A model generated the notes under the pieces. The model was not told the DNA's origin. It searched no databases and saw nothing but the letters and a program-made list of their open reading frames with translations. From the NCBI GenBank assembly GCA_029717555.1, contig JAMDHS010000026.1, forward strand, positions 186,001 through 243,648: a stretch of DNA of 57,648 nucleotides, written 5' to 3'. This document shows positions 10,819 to 22,698 of this stretch, in pieces. Source of the stretch: Peribolospora baueri. Taxonomy: Eukaryota. Every line of letters starts with the position of its first letter. Position 1 is the stretch's first letter. The translations under genes were made by a program, and so were the position numbers.

Positions 10819-13800
10819 ATGTACAGCGTTCACACCGCCGCGCTTCATGCGCCCCCCTCCCTCCTCGACCCCGCCCGTCACCCTGCGGCGCCGCTGTCAA
10901 GGCATCCCGAGGACGGCGACGCCCGCGTTCAAGTGCGCGACGAGAAGCCCGGCGAACTGTCCTCCTCTCCCACCCCTCGATCCCCTCCCCCGCCGCCGCC
11001 CGACGTCACTGACGGCAACCGACCCGACACCGCCGGCCCTCGCTCCTTCGCCGCCCGCCCGCTCATATCGCCCCTCATCCCGGCCGTCATGCGCAGAGCT
11101 CCCTCTCCGCCCTCCGAGTCTCGCCCTCCGCCTTCGGCCGCAGCCATAGCTGCCTCCGCCTCCGCCGCCATAGCCGCCACCGCCGCCGGCGGGTACAGCG
11201 TCGGCGACGGCACCGGCCCCTACGGCTGCGTCGCCGGCTCCCGCGAGGCCGACCAGATCCTCCGCAGCGTGAGCCAGCTCAAAAAGACCTCCAGGTCCGC
11301 CAACCGGGACGACGACGTCGAGCCGCCGAGCTACAACCGCACCACCTCCGCCTCCCCAGCCGAGTTCCCCATCGTCGATCGTTCCGCCCAACCACCCTCT
11401 CGCCCGCCGCCGGGCAGGCAGAGGAGCGGCACCGTCGCCGCCGTGACCACCGGCTGGCCCGACGAGCCTCCAGACCGACCCAGGCGGTTTTTCGCCCGCC
11501 GGAGGAGCTCCGACACGGGTCTTACGCTTGCCCTGTCGTCCCCTTTCAGACGAGCTTCGAAAGCCGACGGTCAGAGTCAGACCGCGTCCCGTATCGACCC
11601 GAGCTCGCCCACCACCGCCGTCTCCCTCCCGACCAGCCGGCGGAGTCTGAGCATCGCTACTTCTCGGTCCTCCTCCTCGCGCGCCGCCGTCGCTTCGCCC
11701 GTCGATGGCCATGTCGAGACGTCCCCCTCCACGCCCGTGCTCCTTGCCTCCCCGTCCTCTCAGGGCGGGTGCCCTACCGACGGGCATACTGGGGATGCGC
11801 CCGCCGCCGACATGGCTCTCCTCAGTCCGGGCGATTTCGTTCGGTGCCGACCGAGCGTCGACTCTGCGCTCCGAGACCCCACTTCGCGCAGCCTCTGCAG
11901 CAGCATCGACGCCGAGGCGCTCTTCCCGTCCGGCAGGGAGAACCTCGGCGAGGAAGACTTTGCGGTGGCTGAGGAGGAAGAGGAAGAGGGTGGCGACGGC
12001 GGCGACGGCCATCGAGTCCGCGCCCTCGCCGCCGCCGCCGCTTCTTCCGCCTGGTCCCTTTCCCCCGCCGCTTCCTCCCACATGCACTCCACCGGCGTCC
12101 GTCCTCCATCCCCTTCCCACGCCCACGCCCATGCCCATGCCCAACCCGGCCGATCCTCGATGGCCTCTCGCAGATCCTCTTCCCGCCCCAGCCTCGACCT
12201 CGTGATGCCATTCGCAGGCCTCCTTCGCTCCAAGGCGCGCAAGTCGACGATGTCCAACCCCGATCCCGATTCCGATCCCGATCCACACGCCGCCGAATCC
12301 CAACCCTTCCCTCCTCGTCCTTCTTCTTCTTCCGCTGACGCGTACGCCGACTCTGCAGATCCGCCGGGCACGCGCAGACGGAGGCGCAGCTCTTCCCGGC
12401 TCAGCCGCCTCAATGCCTCGGCATCCAACCTCCTCTCTGGCATCGGCCACCACCACCACCACCATGGACAAGGGTACGGACACGGACAGGGATATGTCGC
12501 CGGCAGGATGAGCGTCGACGTGACGAGGCCTGATCTGAGCATGTTGGAGAGGCAGAGACTGAGACAGGGACAAGCGCAAGGGCAGAAGCAGGGGCCGAGA
12601 AGGTTCACCAGCGCTTCTTCCCTCCATCATCGCCAGTCGGACGGCGGGCAACGACCTACTAGGTCTGGCTTGGGCTTCTCGTTCGGCCGACGCATGAGCG
12701 CGACCGCCGTGGTTCCCCCTTCTTCTTTGCCACGACAATCTCTCTCCGATCCTTCCGGAGGCGCTAACACTAGCACGGCCCGCTCACGCTCCCGCTCCCG
12801 CTTGTCGTTGTCGTTGTCGTCGTCGTCCGTGTCTGCTTCGTTGGGAAGGATCGTGCGTGGGCTGGGTGGAGGTGGGCGGAAGAGGGGTTTGGAAAAGGAG
12901 CAGGAGCAGGAGCGGGAGCGGGAGCGGGACGAGGCGCTCCCCGCAGAGGAGCCGGAACGGGAACTGCAACCGCAACTGGAAGTGCTGCCAGATGCCGTGC
13001 CGGCGAGGAGGGAGGCACCTCCATCTTCCTCGCCCATACAGGCACAGCCGACTTCCCCGCTTGATGGTTTGCCCCTTCCTTCCGAGGCCGGGGCCGGGGC
13101 AATGAGCACGTTGCAGTCGTTGCGGAACGAGGGAAATGACCGAGTCGATACCGACACTGACACCGACGCTGCGTGCTCGCCATCCTCCGATGACCAGATC
13201 CAAATCCAGCTACAAGTTGGTGAGACGCAAGTTGGTGAGACGCAAGGAGGAGGCTCGTCCGTTGACCTTCCGCCCGTGCTGCCGCCGCTCGTGTTTGATG
13301 TGCCTGCCTCGACGTCGACCTCGTCGGTCGTGGCGGCGGGGACACCTGACGATCGAACTGAACGGTTTAACGAGGAGGACACGAATGAATGGTCCAACGA
13401 GGAGGACTCGAATGAACCGTCCAACAAGGAGGACTCGAATGAACAGTCCAACAAGGACGACACAAAGTCCGACGTCTCCGTGGACCCCTTGCCCTTGGCT
13501 CTCGCTCCACCTGGGCCTGGGCACCACCGACCGTGCTTGAGACCGCCAACGCAGGCGCCCCCAAGTCCGACGGACACGAGCGTTAGCTCTCGCTCGGCCC
13601 TCTCCGAATGGTCCGCCGATACCGCTCGGACGGTCACCGCCGCGGCGCCTTGCAGGTCGCCTCGCACCAATCCATCCCCATCCGCCGCACCGGCACCGTC
13701 GCCGACCGTCTGGGTTGATCGTAGCCTCGGCCTCGGCTCCGGCTCTGCGAGCCCCGACGCGTCGCCCGTCGAATCGGAGGAGAGTGACCTCACCCAGTCC

Positions 13801-16800
13801 ACCGTCCCCACCACCACCGGCGCCATCTCGCCGCCTCAGCTGTGGAGCAGAGACGATTCGGAAGCGAGGCCGTCTTGGGAGAAGGGCAAGGCCCGGGCGG
13901 AAGGGAGGGCGGAGGCCAGCGATCCAGCGGACGGGTCGCGGACGCGCCCTTCTTCGGAGGCGGCCGAGATGGAGTCGGATAAGAACCTGTGTGTGGACAA
14001 GGACAAGGACAAAGGCAAGCGCAGGGTATCCATCGACCAGAAGGAGGAGACCGAAGCCCAAAACGACGCAGGTTCACGTCTGCTGCTCGCTGGCTCGACC
14101 GGATCGCCAGATCCGACGCGAGACTTGACCGCTCAGCAGCCATCGTCCAGCAGCGATAGACGGACGACCCGTACTCGGGTCGTGTGCCAGCTCTCGGCCA
14201 ACGTCCCTCAACTCACTCGGACAGGCTCCATGGGTATCGTGCGCTCTGGAGGCGACGAGGATGGCGCGGACGGCGGTGGAGACGTGGGCGATGACGGCGG
14301 TAGGGACCGGTCCGGTAGCACCGCCGCGGGAAGGGGCAGCGATAGCAGCGACGGCGAACAGGAGGGCGAAGAGGAGACCGCAGACGCGGACGCGGACACG
14401 GCCACCGATACCGAGACCGAAGCCGAGGACGATGTTCACGACCACCGCCACCCCCGCCTCCCTTCCGCATCGCCACTGCAGCCCGAGCCCTCCACGGCAG
14501 CCACGGCGGCCGCCATGGCGGCGACCTCTGCCCCCGTCGCCGCTCCCATCCACGCCCTCGTCCCCGCCCCCACGCCGACTTCTTTCTCCAGTCGTCGAGG
14601 CATGCCCGACTTTAGCCTCACCTCTTCTTCTTCTAGTCTTCCTTCGCCAAGCGCAAGCGCAACCGACGCTCAGCCGGTGGCGTTCGTTGGCAAGCAGGCT
14701 TGGACGACTTTTGCCAGTCCGTCCCCCTCCGCGACGCCTACGCCCGGCCCATCTAGGTTTCGGCCGTCGGCGTCCATCCTCGCCACTCCTCACGGTCCCG
14801 CCGCGAGTGGCGAAGCGTCGTATTTCAGCCTCCGCCCCACCTCGTCCTCGTCCTCTCCCTCGCCCTCGGCCTCGTCGAGGACGAACGCCATCCCCGCTTC
14901 GCCCACCCAGATCTCTCTCTCCCGCCCTCCGTCTTCGTCCAGCTTCAGGTCCGTTCGGCTCTTCAACGCCGCCACGCCAGGTGAACGCGGCCGCGGTGCG
15001 TCTTTGATGAGCGTGTCTGTCGAATCGGGCGGTAGGACACCGCGAGCGAGGTCCAAGACGCCGACCACCGCTCGAGCCGCCGCCGCCGCCGCGCAGGCCG
15101 TCGTCCCGCCTGTCCCACCTCTGCCGGTCAAGTCGATCGACCTGCCCTCCACGTCTGCGGACATGTCTCCTGGCGTCCTCACTTCGACGGCGGCAGCGGC
15201 AGCGACTGGAAACGGCCCAGTCGTCTCCGCGCATGGGCGTGTTGGAGCGCGTACGTCGTCTTCTCGCTCGAGCAGAGGGGCGAGGCCCGCCACGGCGAGC
15301 CAAGTCGAGCAGTCCAAGGTAACAAAACCGAAAGCGAGCTCTCCCGACGCATATTCGCCGCAGATCGACCTGGCCAACGGACCGCTCTACATGCAAGCAC
15401 CCCTCCGCCGGCCCTTCAGTGATCCCCGCGACCCTTCTTCGTCCGCCAAGGCCGCGCCAGACGGTGTTGTCATTTTTGGGCCGTCGGAGAATGGTGCGCC
15501 TCGAAGGCCCGGTTTGTACCACCAACGGTCCAGGTCGCTCGTCGAGTTGTCTACTGCCGCCGACCGTCGGATGGACCTCGATGACGGCCCGCCGGCGGCA
15601 CCGTCGGCCTCGAACAGGGCCGGCAAGTCGGTCCGGATGGACGACGATGACGACGACGACGACGTCGAGTGTCGGCAAGGGCTGGAGGAAAGGTCTGACC
15701 CGGTCGCGCGGCGCAAGGTGGATCAGACGATGCCCCCGACGACGCCCACGGCTTCGGGCGCCACCGCCGCCGCCACCGCTACCACCACCACCACCGCAGC
15801 GCCTGGCGCGCTGACGCGGCGCAGGTCCATGTTCGAGATGCGCGGCGACCCGCCGTCATATAGCACTCTGAACGGCTTGCCGCCTCTCGACCGCGGTCGG
15901 GCCATCTTGCCGAGGGAGGAAGAAGGAAAAGAGAAACTTCCTCCTTACAGCTGCTCTGTCCACATCGAGGGGCTCCTGCCGCGCAAGATGGAGTTCATCC
16001 AACCGGGCGTGCAGGCCAAAGACCGCAGTTGGAAGAAGCAGTACATCGTCCTGCACGGAACGAGCATCAAAGTGTTCAAGAGCGACATCAACCTCCACCC
16101 TCTGCGCGGCGAAGAGGCGTCCGAGGCGGACGTGGAGCCAGAGAAGGGATCGGTGCTCGAGGCGACGCACGTGCACATCCACAAGGGTCCGTACATGAAC
16201 GAAAACATCTCGTCGACGAGCCTGCCCTTCCACACGGCCAACCACCTCATCCGTCACTATACCCTTCAGGGCGCTGAGAGCGGCCTGGCGGCCGATTACC
16301 TCAAGCGGAAGCACGTCCTTCGCGTCAGAGCCGAGGGAGAGCAGTTTTTGGTTCAGACCAAGAGCGATCGACAGGTGGTAGATTGGATCGAGGCACTCCA
16401 AGCTGCCACCAACGTCGCTCAAGATTTGGACAGGAGGCAGATGCCCAAGGTGAGTGCTGCCGCCAGCAGAGGTTCGGGGAAGACGGATGTTCGCGTTCGA
16501 ATTGCCTCTCACCGTCTTTCCGTCTGTCACACAGTTCATTACGCTCCCACGCCGACGCAGAAGGCGGCGGCGCAACGCCGACGGCGCGACGACCACCGAG
16601 CAAGCGGCTGCTGGCGGGGCGGCCGGGGCGGCGGCGGGAGAGAGCGACGGTGTACGCACTGCGACGACCGCCGGCCAGAATACGTCGTCGGCAGACGGCG
16701 GCGGCGGCGGCGGCGGCTCGTCCTTGTCTCTGATCCCTCCTCCCAACGGCAGCGGCGGAGGCTCTTCTTCCGGAAGGGCTAGCGTGGAGCCTTCGGACCG

Positions 16801-16870
16801 GAGACTGAGCGTCATGCTCGAAGAGGAGCAGGACGAGTTTGCCAGGAGCGCCGTTGCGTCTGAGGTTTGA
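10819..16870 (+). CDS. PH-domain protein of the yeast YHR131C/YNL144C type, with a very long disordered N-terminus (~1,988 aa)
   Basis: join(10819..16449,16535..16870). The C-terminal block PREEEGKEKLPPYSCSVHIEGLLPRKMEF...RSWKKQYIVLHGT...YTLQGAESGLAADYLKRKHVLRVRAEGEQFL...WIEALQAA...DLDRRQMPK|FITLPRRRRRRR is characteristic of this family. The intron GTGAGT...ACAG restores the poly-Arg tail. Confidence 0.88.
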
Positions 16871-16959
16871 TGGGTGGCCCAAACCATCCGGGGGCCGGCT
16901 TTGCTTCTGCCAAGAGAAGATTTCTTTTCGTTCACCCTCTGGACTCCATTCGCTCTGTC

Positions 16960-17046
16960 CGCTGTTCGCTGTTCGCTGTTCGCTGTTCGCTGTTCGCTGT
17001 TCGCTGTTCGCTGTTCGCTGTTCGCTTTTCGCTGTTCACTTTTCGC
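16960..17046. repeat. Heptamer tandem repeat (CGCTGTT)n, about 9 perfect plus 3 degenerate units, in the 3' UTR
   Basis: Direct reading. It produces the artefactual AVRCSLF/SEQRTAN ORFs. Confidence 0.95.
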
Positions 17047-18259
17047 ACGCTCGATGTCGTCTTCGCGGAAAACACGTCGCACGCACACGTCGAACACCCC
17101 TTTCCCCTTCTCCTTTCCTTTGACATGTTCGCCTCCTCCCTCGCAAGCTTCTGTCATCCAAGCCTTTTCTTTCATACTTTCTTTCTTGCCGCGCGATCTT
17201 GCCAACCTCGTCATCGTTAGTCTTTCACTTCTTCCGCATCTAGCTTTTGTACTCTCTTTCGACTTGCTCTCCCTCCCTGTCGACAAGTGCGTCACTTGCT
17301 CCACCGCTCCCAGGTTTCCCTCGCATGGTCGGTTCAGGTTGTCTGTCACCCTCCCTCCCTCCTTCTTGTCTTGTCTTGCTTCCCTGCCTATTCTGGTCAT
17401 GTTGCCAATTCTCTCCGCACGTCGTCGTTCGTCATTGCATCGCCGGTGCTCTCTCTCTCTCCGTTGCCCCGGCGTCGAATGCCCAGCCTTTTTGCTTGTT
17501 TGTGGCGGTCGTTGTGTTCGTTCCCGCTGCGCCCGTCGCGCAGCCTCCGGATCCCAGCCAACAGACGGACGGCATGCTTCCATCCTCGGCCGGAGAGAAG
17601 TCAAGCTCGCTCGCTGCCGGCCGATCGGCGTTTATTTTATTTATTCATTCACGAGGACGCGCATGACGTCGACGTCGACATCGCATCGTCATCGCACTGC
17701 GCGTCGTCGGCCTTCCCGGCGGCGAACGGCCGCGATGGCGAACCGGGCCCATCAGGTCGTCCGTGCCGTTCCCGGAGACGGCTTGTCTTACATTCCAATC
17801 GCCATTACTCCCTTGCCCTTTCGCCGCAGGCTCGAACGGGAATGGGCTCACAGCCGGGGCGAGGACAAGGACGAGGGCGAGGGCGAGGGCGAGGTCGAGG
17901 GCGACTAGATGAACGAACTAAGGATGTAAGGAAGAGAGAAGAGAAGGTGGAGCGGGTGGAGCGGGTGGAGCGGGAGCACAGCACAGCACGTCGAGCTAAC
18001 CACCGCCACGCCACGCCGCCGGCCGCTCTTTTTGCACCGCCTTACGGCGCGTGCTTGAGCACAAGCCCGAGCTTTGCTTTGCATCGCATCAACAACTCAC
18101 CTTTACTTCGACTTGACTTTAGTCGGCGACGTCTTCCAGCGGACCGCACAGACAAAGACGCACGGCCGACTCACCTTCCTTAAGCCGGCGCTCACCTCCT
18201 CTTCCTTCCCCTACCCTCTCTCTACCGCTTCTCCTTTCACTGATCCACGTCTCTCCACC

Positions 18260-19247
18260 ATGCGCTTCTCCCCTCTTCCTTCTCTTCTCCTCTTCAACAC
18301 CATTGCCGCGCTCGCCGTCGCCGCGCCCTCGGACCTCACCTGCGCTCCTTTGTCGGCTCACGCCGTCGACCATGCGCTGTGAGTCGAGTGGACGTTCTCC
18401 AAGCGTCCTCTCCTCGACGCGCAGGGAGCCTCTTCTTTAGTATGCTCATTCTCGCTCCCCATCATATGCCCCCTCCAGACACACCAGCGGCCTCGGCCCG
18501 CCGTACTTCCCAAACCACTTCGCCACCCGCGGCGTGCTCCAGCCTGCTTTCAATCACTCCGCCTGCGTCCCTCCCGGTACTGCTGTTCCGGACAACCGTA
18601 AGTGCGACGACGCGACGGACGGACGAACGGGCGTTTCTCAGCCTGACCGCCCGACCAACCGTATGCACATATCCTTCTGCGCTCTCTCCAGAGACAGCCT
18701 CTCCGCCGACGTTGATCTTCGCTCCATACCACCGCTCCTCCAACGGCCACGGCCACGGCCCTTACGTCCTCGCCATGTTTGACGCCGACGCAACCTCCCG
18801 ACAAAACCCCGCTTTTTCGCCCCTCCTCCACTGGCTTCAGCCTAACCTGACCTTGAAAGAGGAGAACGGGCAAAAGCTCGTAAACACTTCCGACGCTTGG
18901 ACGTCTTTCCAGCAGCCCGCACCCGTTGCCGGGTCTGGGCCCCATCGGTGAGCGAACCGAAAGAGTGGCGCTCGGGATGGCGTCCGAATCAGTCCAGCGA
19001 CCAAGCCAAGCCATTGATGTCGACTTGCTTTTGTCGGCGCCCATACAGCTACGTCCTCACTCTCTACACCCAGCCAGCCAACGTCTCCCTCCCCGCTTCA
19101 GTACACAACGCACCGGGAGTGACCCTAGCGAACGCGGCCACAAACCCGCGTGTCCGGTTCGACGTCTCTTCCCTAAACTTAGGCGACCCCATCGCAGCCA
19201 CTTACTTTACCATCGAGGTTACCAACCTCACTTCTTCTTCCGCCTAA
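18260..19247 (+). CDS. Secreted phosphatidylethanolamine-binding protein (PEBP family), 230 aa
   Basis: join(18260..18378,18479..18597,18692..18947,19049..19247). Signal peptide MRFSPLPSLLLFNTIAALAVAAP. PEBP motifs YVLAMFDADA, LLHWLQPN, PAPVAGSGPHR|YVLTLYTQP and FDV...LGDPIAATYF. Confidence 0.88.
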
Positions 19248-19736
19248 CCGCCGGACGAGACGAGCCCTTCCTAAAATCTTTTGGACGGAGCGGAGATGTA
19301 TATACCCGTCGTTCGAAAGGAGATTATGTTAGATATGGGCCTTTTTTTTTTTCTTTTTTTTTCTTTTTTTTTTTTCCCTCGTTCGCTTCGCATTGCTTTA
19401 GAACGCCGACGACGACTTTGGACGGACGCTTCAAGGGCGCGCTTGCGCGTGTATGTATTTTTCACCCATCTCCTTCCCTTCCTCCTTCGAACGAGACCGG
19501 AGGGAGAATTTCCCAAGCCGCATTTCTGGTCAGAGATGTTCCACAACCCGACAGACCGGTATGGTATGGTATGGCCGTCCGCGATTCGAGCTCAGTACGA
19601 CAATCAGTGGCACACACCTCTTTAGAAAAAGAGGAAATGACCTGTCTTCTCGTCCTCCTTCTCGTCCATCTGGGTTGCAAAAACGTCTAATAATATGTCT
19701 GTCTCCCGGCCATCCAGTCCGAACAAGGCCCATCCT

Positions 19737-22182
19737 TCAATCGACGTAAATGATCCGATGCTCCTTCTTTCCGATCCTCAAGACCGCCAACCTGCCGTCC
19801 AGCAGGTCTTCGCCCCGCAGAACCGCGTTCGCGTCCTTCATTGCCCGGTTGTTCAGGTAGAGGCCGCCTGAAGTGAGGGCTTTGCGGGCCTCGCCTTGGG
19901 AAAGCGGCGAAAGAAGAGCGAACGACTTCGGAGTCAGAAAGAAAAAAAAAGAAACCAGGGCACACGCAAGACGCCGACAAAGCCGCGTCTCTCTCATCGT
20001 CTCACCTCTACTCCTCGTGGCCCCGACCTCAGCGGCCAGCTTAGTGATAGACTGATCCAGCACGGCTTGGCTCGGTAGGTGAATCAGCCTGGGATCGTCT
20101 CGGAAGGCATGTAACACGTCCTGCGCTTTGAGGTCTTCGAGAGAAGTGGAAAACAGGACCTGAGTCGCTGTGAGCGCCGCCGATAGACCTTCGGCTGCTC
20201 AGTTTCGAATGGAGCGCGTAAAAAGGATTGTGAAAGACGTCAGTTCCATCGACCAGCCTCGCGTGCCTGTGGCCGATGACTTATTTCTGGAGGAATTGAA
20301 TCTGGACATGCCACTCACGTCCGTGAACGAGCTCAGTCACTTCCGACGCCAAGAGCTTCTGGCCATGCCGCAAATGCGGAGCCTCCTGTGTGTGGACGAC
20401 GCGGTGCCGAATGATCGATTTCAGACTTGCGTGTTTCACGTTACGCTCACGAAAACTTGCCGCCAACACTCACAGCATGTCGCGCTTCGGCTTCGGCGAC
20501 CTGCTCGACCGGCAGAAGAGTCAGCATGCGCAAGTACCGGCCGACGTCGGCGTCGGCGGTGCGTAGGAAGAACTGCGTGCGTGGGAGGAGAGATAAAAAC
20601 GTAAAAAAGCTGTCAGTTTATATGTCATGATTAGAAGGAAGTGTATAAAAAGCTGTGACATCGATGTCAAGCAAACGGGACGCAAACCGACGACCGTGGG
20701 CTTGTCCCCGTTCGCTCGTCTCGCACACTCGACTCGCCTGGTAAAAGTCGAAATAGGTGGTCATGCCCGGATGGAGCCATACCGCGTTGCCGGCCGACTT
20801 TCCAAACTTTGCCCCAGAGGCCGTGGTGAGCAGGGGAAGCGTCACGCCAAACGCCTCGTCTTCTCCTCCCTCCGCCTCCACATCCGCCTCCGAGTACGCC
20901 TCTGAGCTCTGCGGTCCCTTGGCGGCCGTCTCGGCTGCTCTTTTACGCCTCATGAGCTCGATTCCCGCGACGATGTTCCCCCATTGATCGCTCCCGCCCA
21001 GTTGGACCGTCACGTCGTTCTGTGAGCGCAGAACAGAAAAGTCGTAGGCTTGAAGGAGCTGATATGAAAACTCCGTGAAGGAGATGCCGGAGGACGAGGA
21101 TAGGCGAGCTTTGACACTGGATGGGCGAACGTCGAAAGGGATGTTGAAGAAAGGTGAGCAAGCATGTGCAGACCTACGAAAGCGAGCCCGGTGCGGTGAG
21201 TCCCTCACCTGTCCTTCGAAAGCATATTGCCCACCCTTGCAAACTTTCCCACGTCCCTCAAGAATTCCAGCACCCCAAGTCCCCCAAACCATTCTAGGTT
21301 GTTTCGCACCAGCACTCTGCCTTTACTCCTACCCGAAGCAGGCAACTCGCGCTTAGCAGCGTATTCCTCAGCGCGAGAGAAGAAGAGGTGCACCTGTTCG
21401 GTGATGGAGGCGATGTTGGAGGAAAGCTCATCGGAAGAGAGGGAGCGACGCTCGGTAGACCGGCCGGAGGGGTCGCCTATCGAGCCAGTTGCGCCGCCAA
21501 TCTGCGGTTGAGACGAGCCAGCTCGTAGGTGTTAGCTACTGAGACACCCACTGGGAGAGCAAAAAAGCGGGTGGAAGGAGGAGGGCGAACTTACGAGCGC
21601 TACGACGTCGTGCCCGGAGAGCTGGAAGTGGAGCAGCCCGAGCAGGGCCAACAGATTTCCAACGTGAAGCGAGCGTGCGGAAGGATCTACGCCGAGATAG
21701 ATGGAGCGCCGGGAAGATATGTGATTTTCGACGTCCGGTCTATAGAGATGGTGAAATCCGCACAGGACGAGGATGGAAGGCAAGCAGGAGACAAGGGTTC
21801 GAACGGCCTCAGCGGTTTCCATAGCTCAATAGCGGTTACACAGCAAGTAACCGACGTACGAAGTGACAGCCTGGACCATCCCTCTCCTCTCCAGCTCTCC
21901 GAGGAGAGACATTTTAATGCCTTCCGTTGGCCTTGCTCTCAGCTCATCTCCCCTCTTCGCTTCCGCCGGGCTTGCTCCCGTGGCAATACTCCGCCGGCAC
22001 ACGAAGCATTCAGGGGGCAACGACGACCAAGGTGAAAACACTCGAGAGGTCCCCGGCCATACACGTGGTCGGGCTGCCGCAAGGGCTGCGACGGCTGTTG
22101 TCCGAGAGGTGGAAAGCAAAGAGGTCATCGAAGGCTCATTCGAGCGAACGCGAACCAGAGCCCGAGGGATTGGGTGTCGCAT
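19737..22182 (-). CDS. MSY1: Mitochondrial tyrosyl-tRNA synthetase
   Basis: About 8 exons. Motifs YLGVDPSARSLHVGN (HIGH-like), IGGATGSIGDPSGRS, FTEFSYQLLQAYDF, QLGGSDQWGNI, GAKFGKSAGNAVWL (KMSKS-like) and a C-terminal S4-like GGLYLNN...LRIGKK. Arg/Ser-rich presequence. Start is 22182 or 22128. Confidence 0.95.
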
Positions 22183-22698
22183 TTTGAAGACTGCGGCTGC
22201 AGATCGTCCCCTCGCACTCAGGCGAAAGCTGCGGCAGATGGCTTCGCTGTGCGCCCCTCGCCCTTTTTCGATCGCACACGCAGGCGATTGTACGAGTATC
22301 GACATGAAGCCGGGGGGCTCGGACAGGACACAACGCGCATGTGTGTGTCTCTACAGATGGCGATCCCGTATGCTCATCTTTCCCTGCGTGGTGGTCAGTC
22401 AGTTCACCCACGCATTCTCGAAAAGAGAAGACTCCGCTTTGTCATTCGTGGGCCGGCCGAGCGCGGCGATAAGAGGGCATCCACGTGGCGTCATCAGGGC
22501 CGGCGCGGAAAAGAGCCGAGATCCGAGAAGAACGCAACCAAGTCAGATATCCGGTGGTGTCGGCACCGACGGATGGTCGTCTCCCTTTCTTCCTCCTCGA
22601 CTCGGTAGGACCTGACTTGCAGAGGAGGATTTATACAGCGTCTGCCGTCTCCAACCCACCGCCTTTGCCTCCGTCTCCCCCTTCTTTGCTCTTTTTCC

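Noticed and set aside
10897..15678. Long antisense ORFs (613, 399, 534 aa and others) opposite the PH gene
   Set aside because: They are shadow frames of GC-rich, C-ending coding sequence, with low-complexity Gly/Arg translations and no motifs.
16960..17046. Heptamer array as a CRISPR or telomeric repeat
   Set aside because: There are no spacers, it is not TTAGGG-like, and it sits internally in a 3' UTR.
15856..17908. ORFs of 582 aa (-) and 344 aa (+) spanning the heptamer repeat
   Set aside because: They stay open because of the stop-free repeat and pyrimidine-rich 3' UTR. The translations are repeat artefacts.
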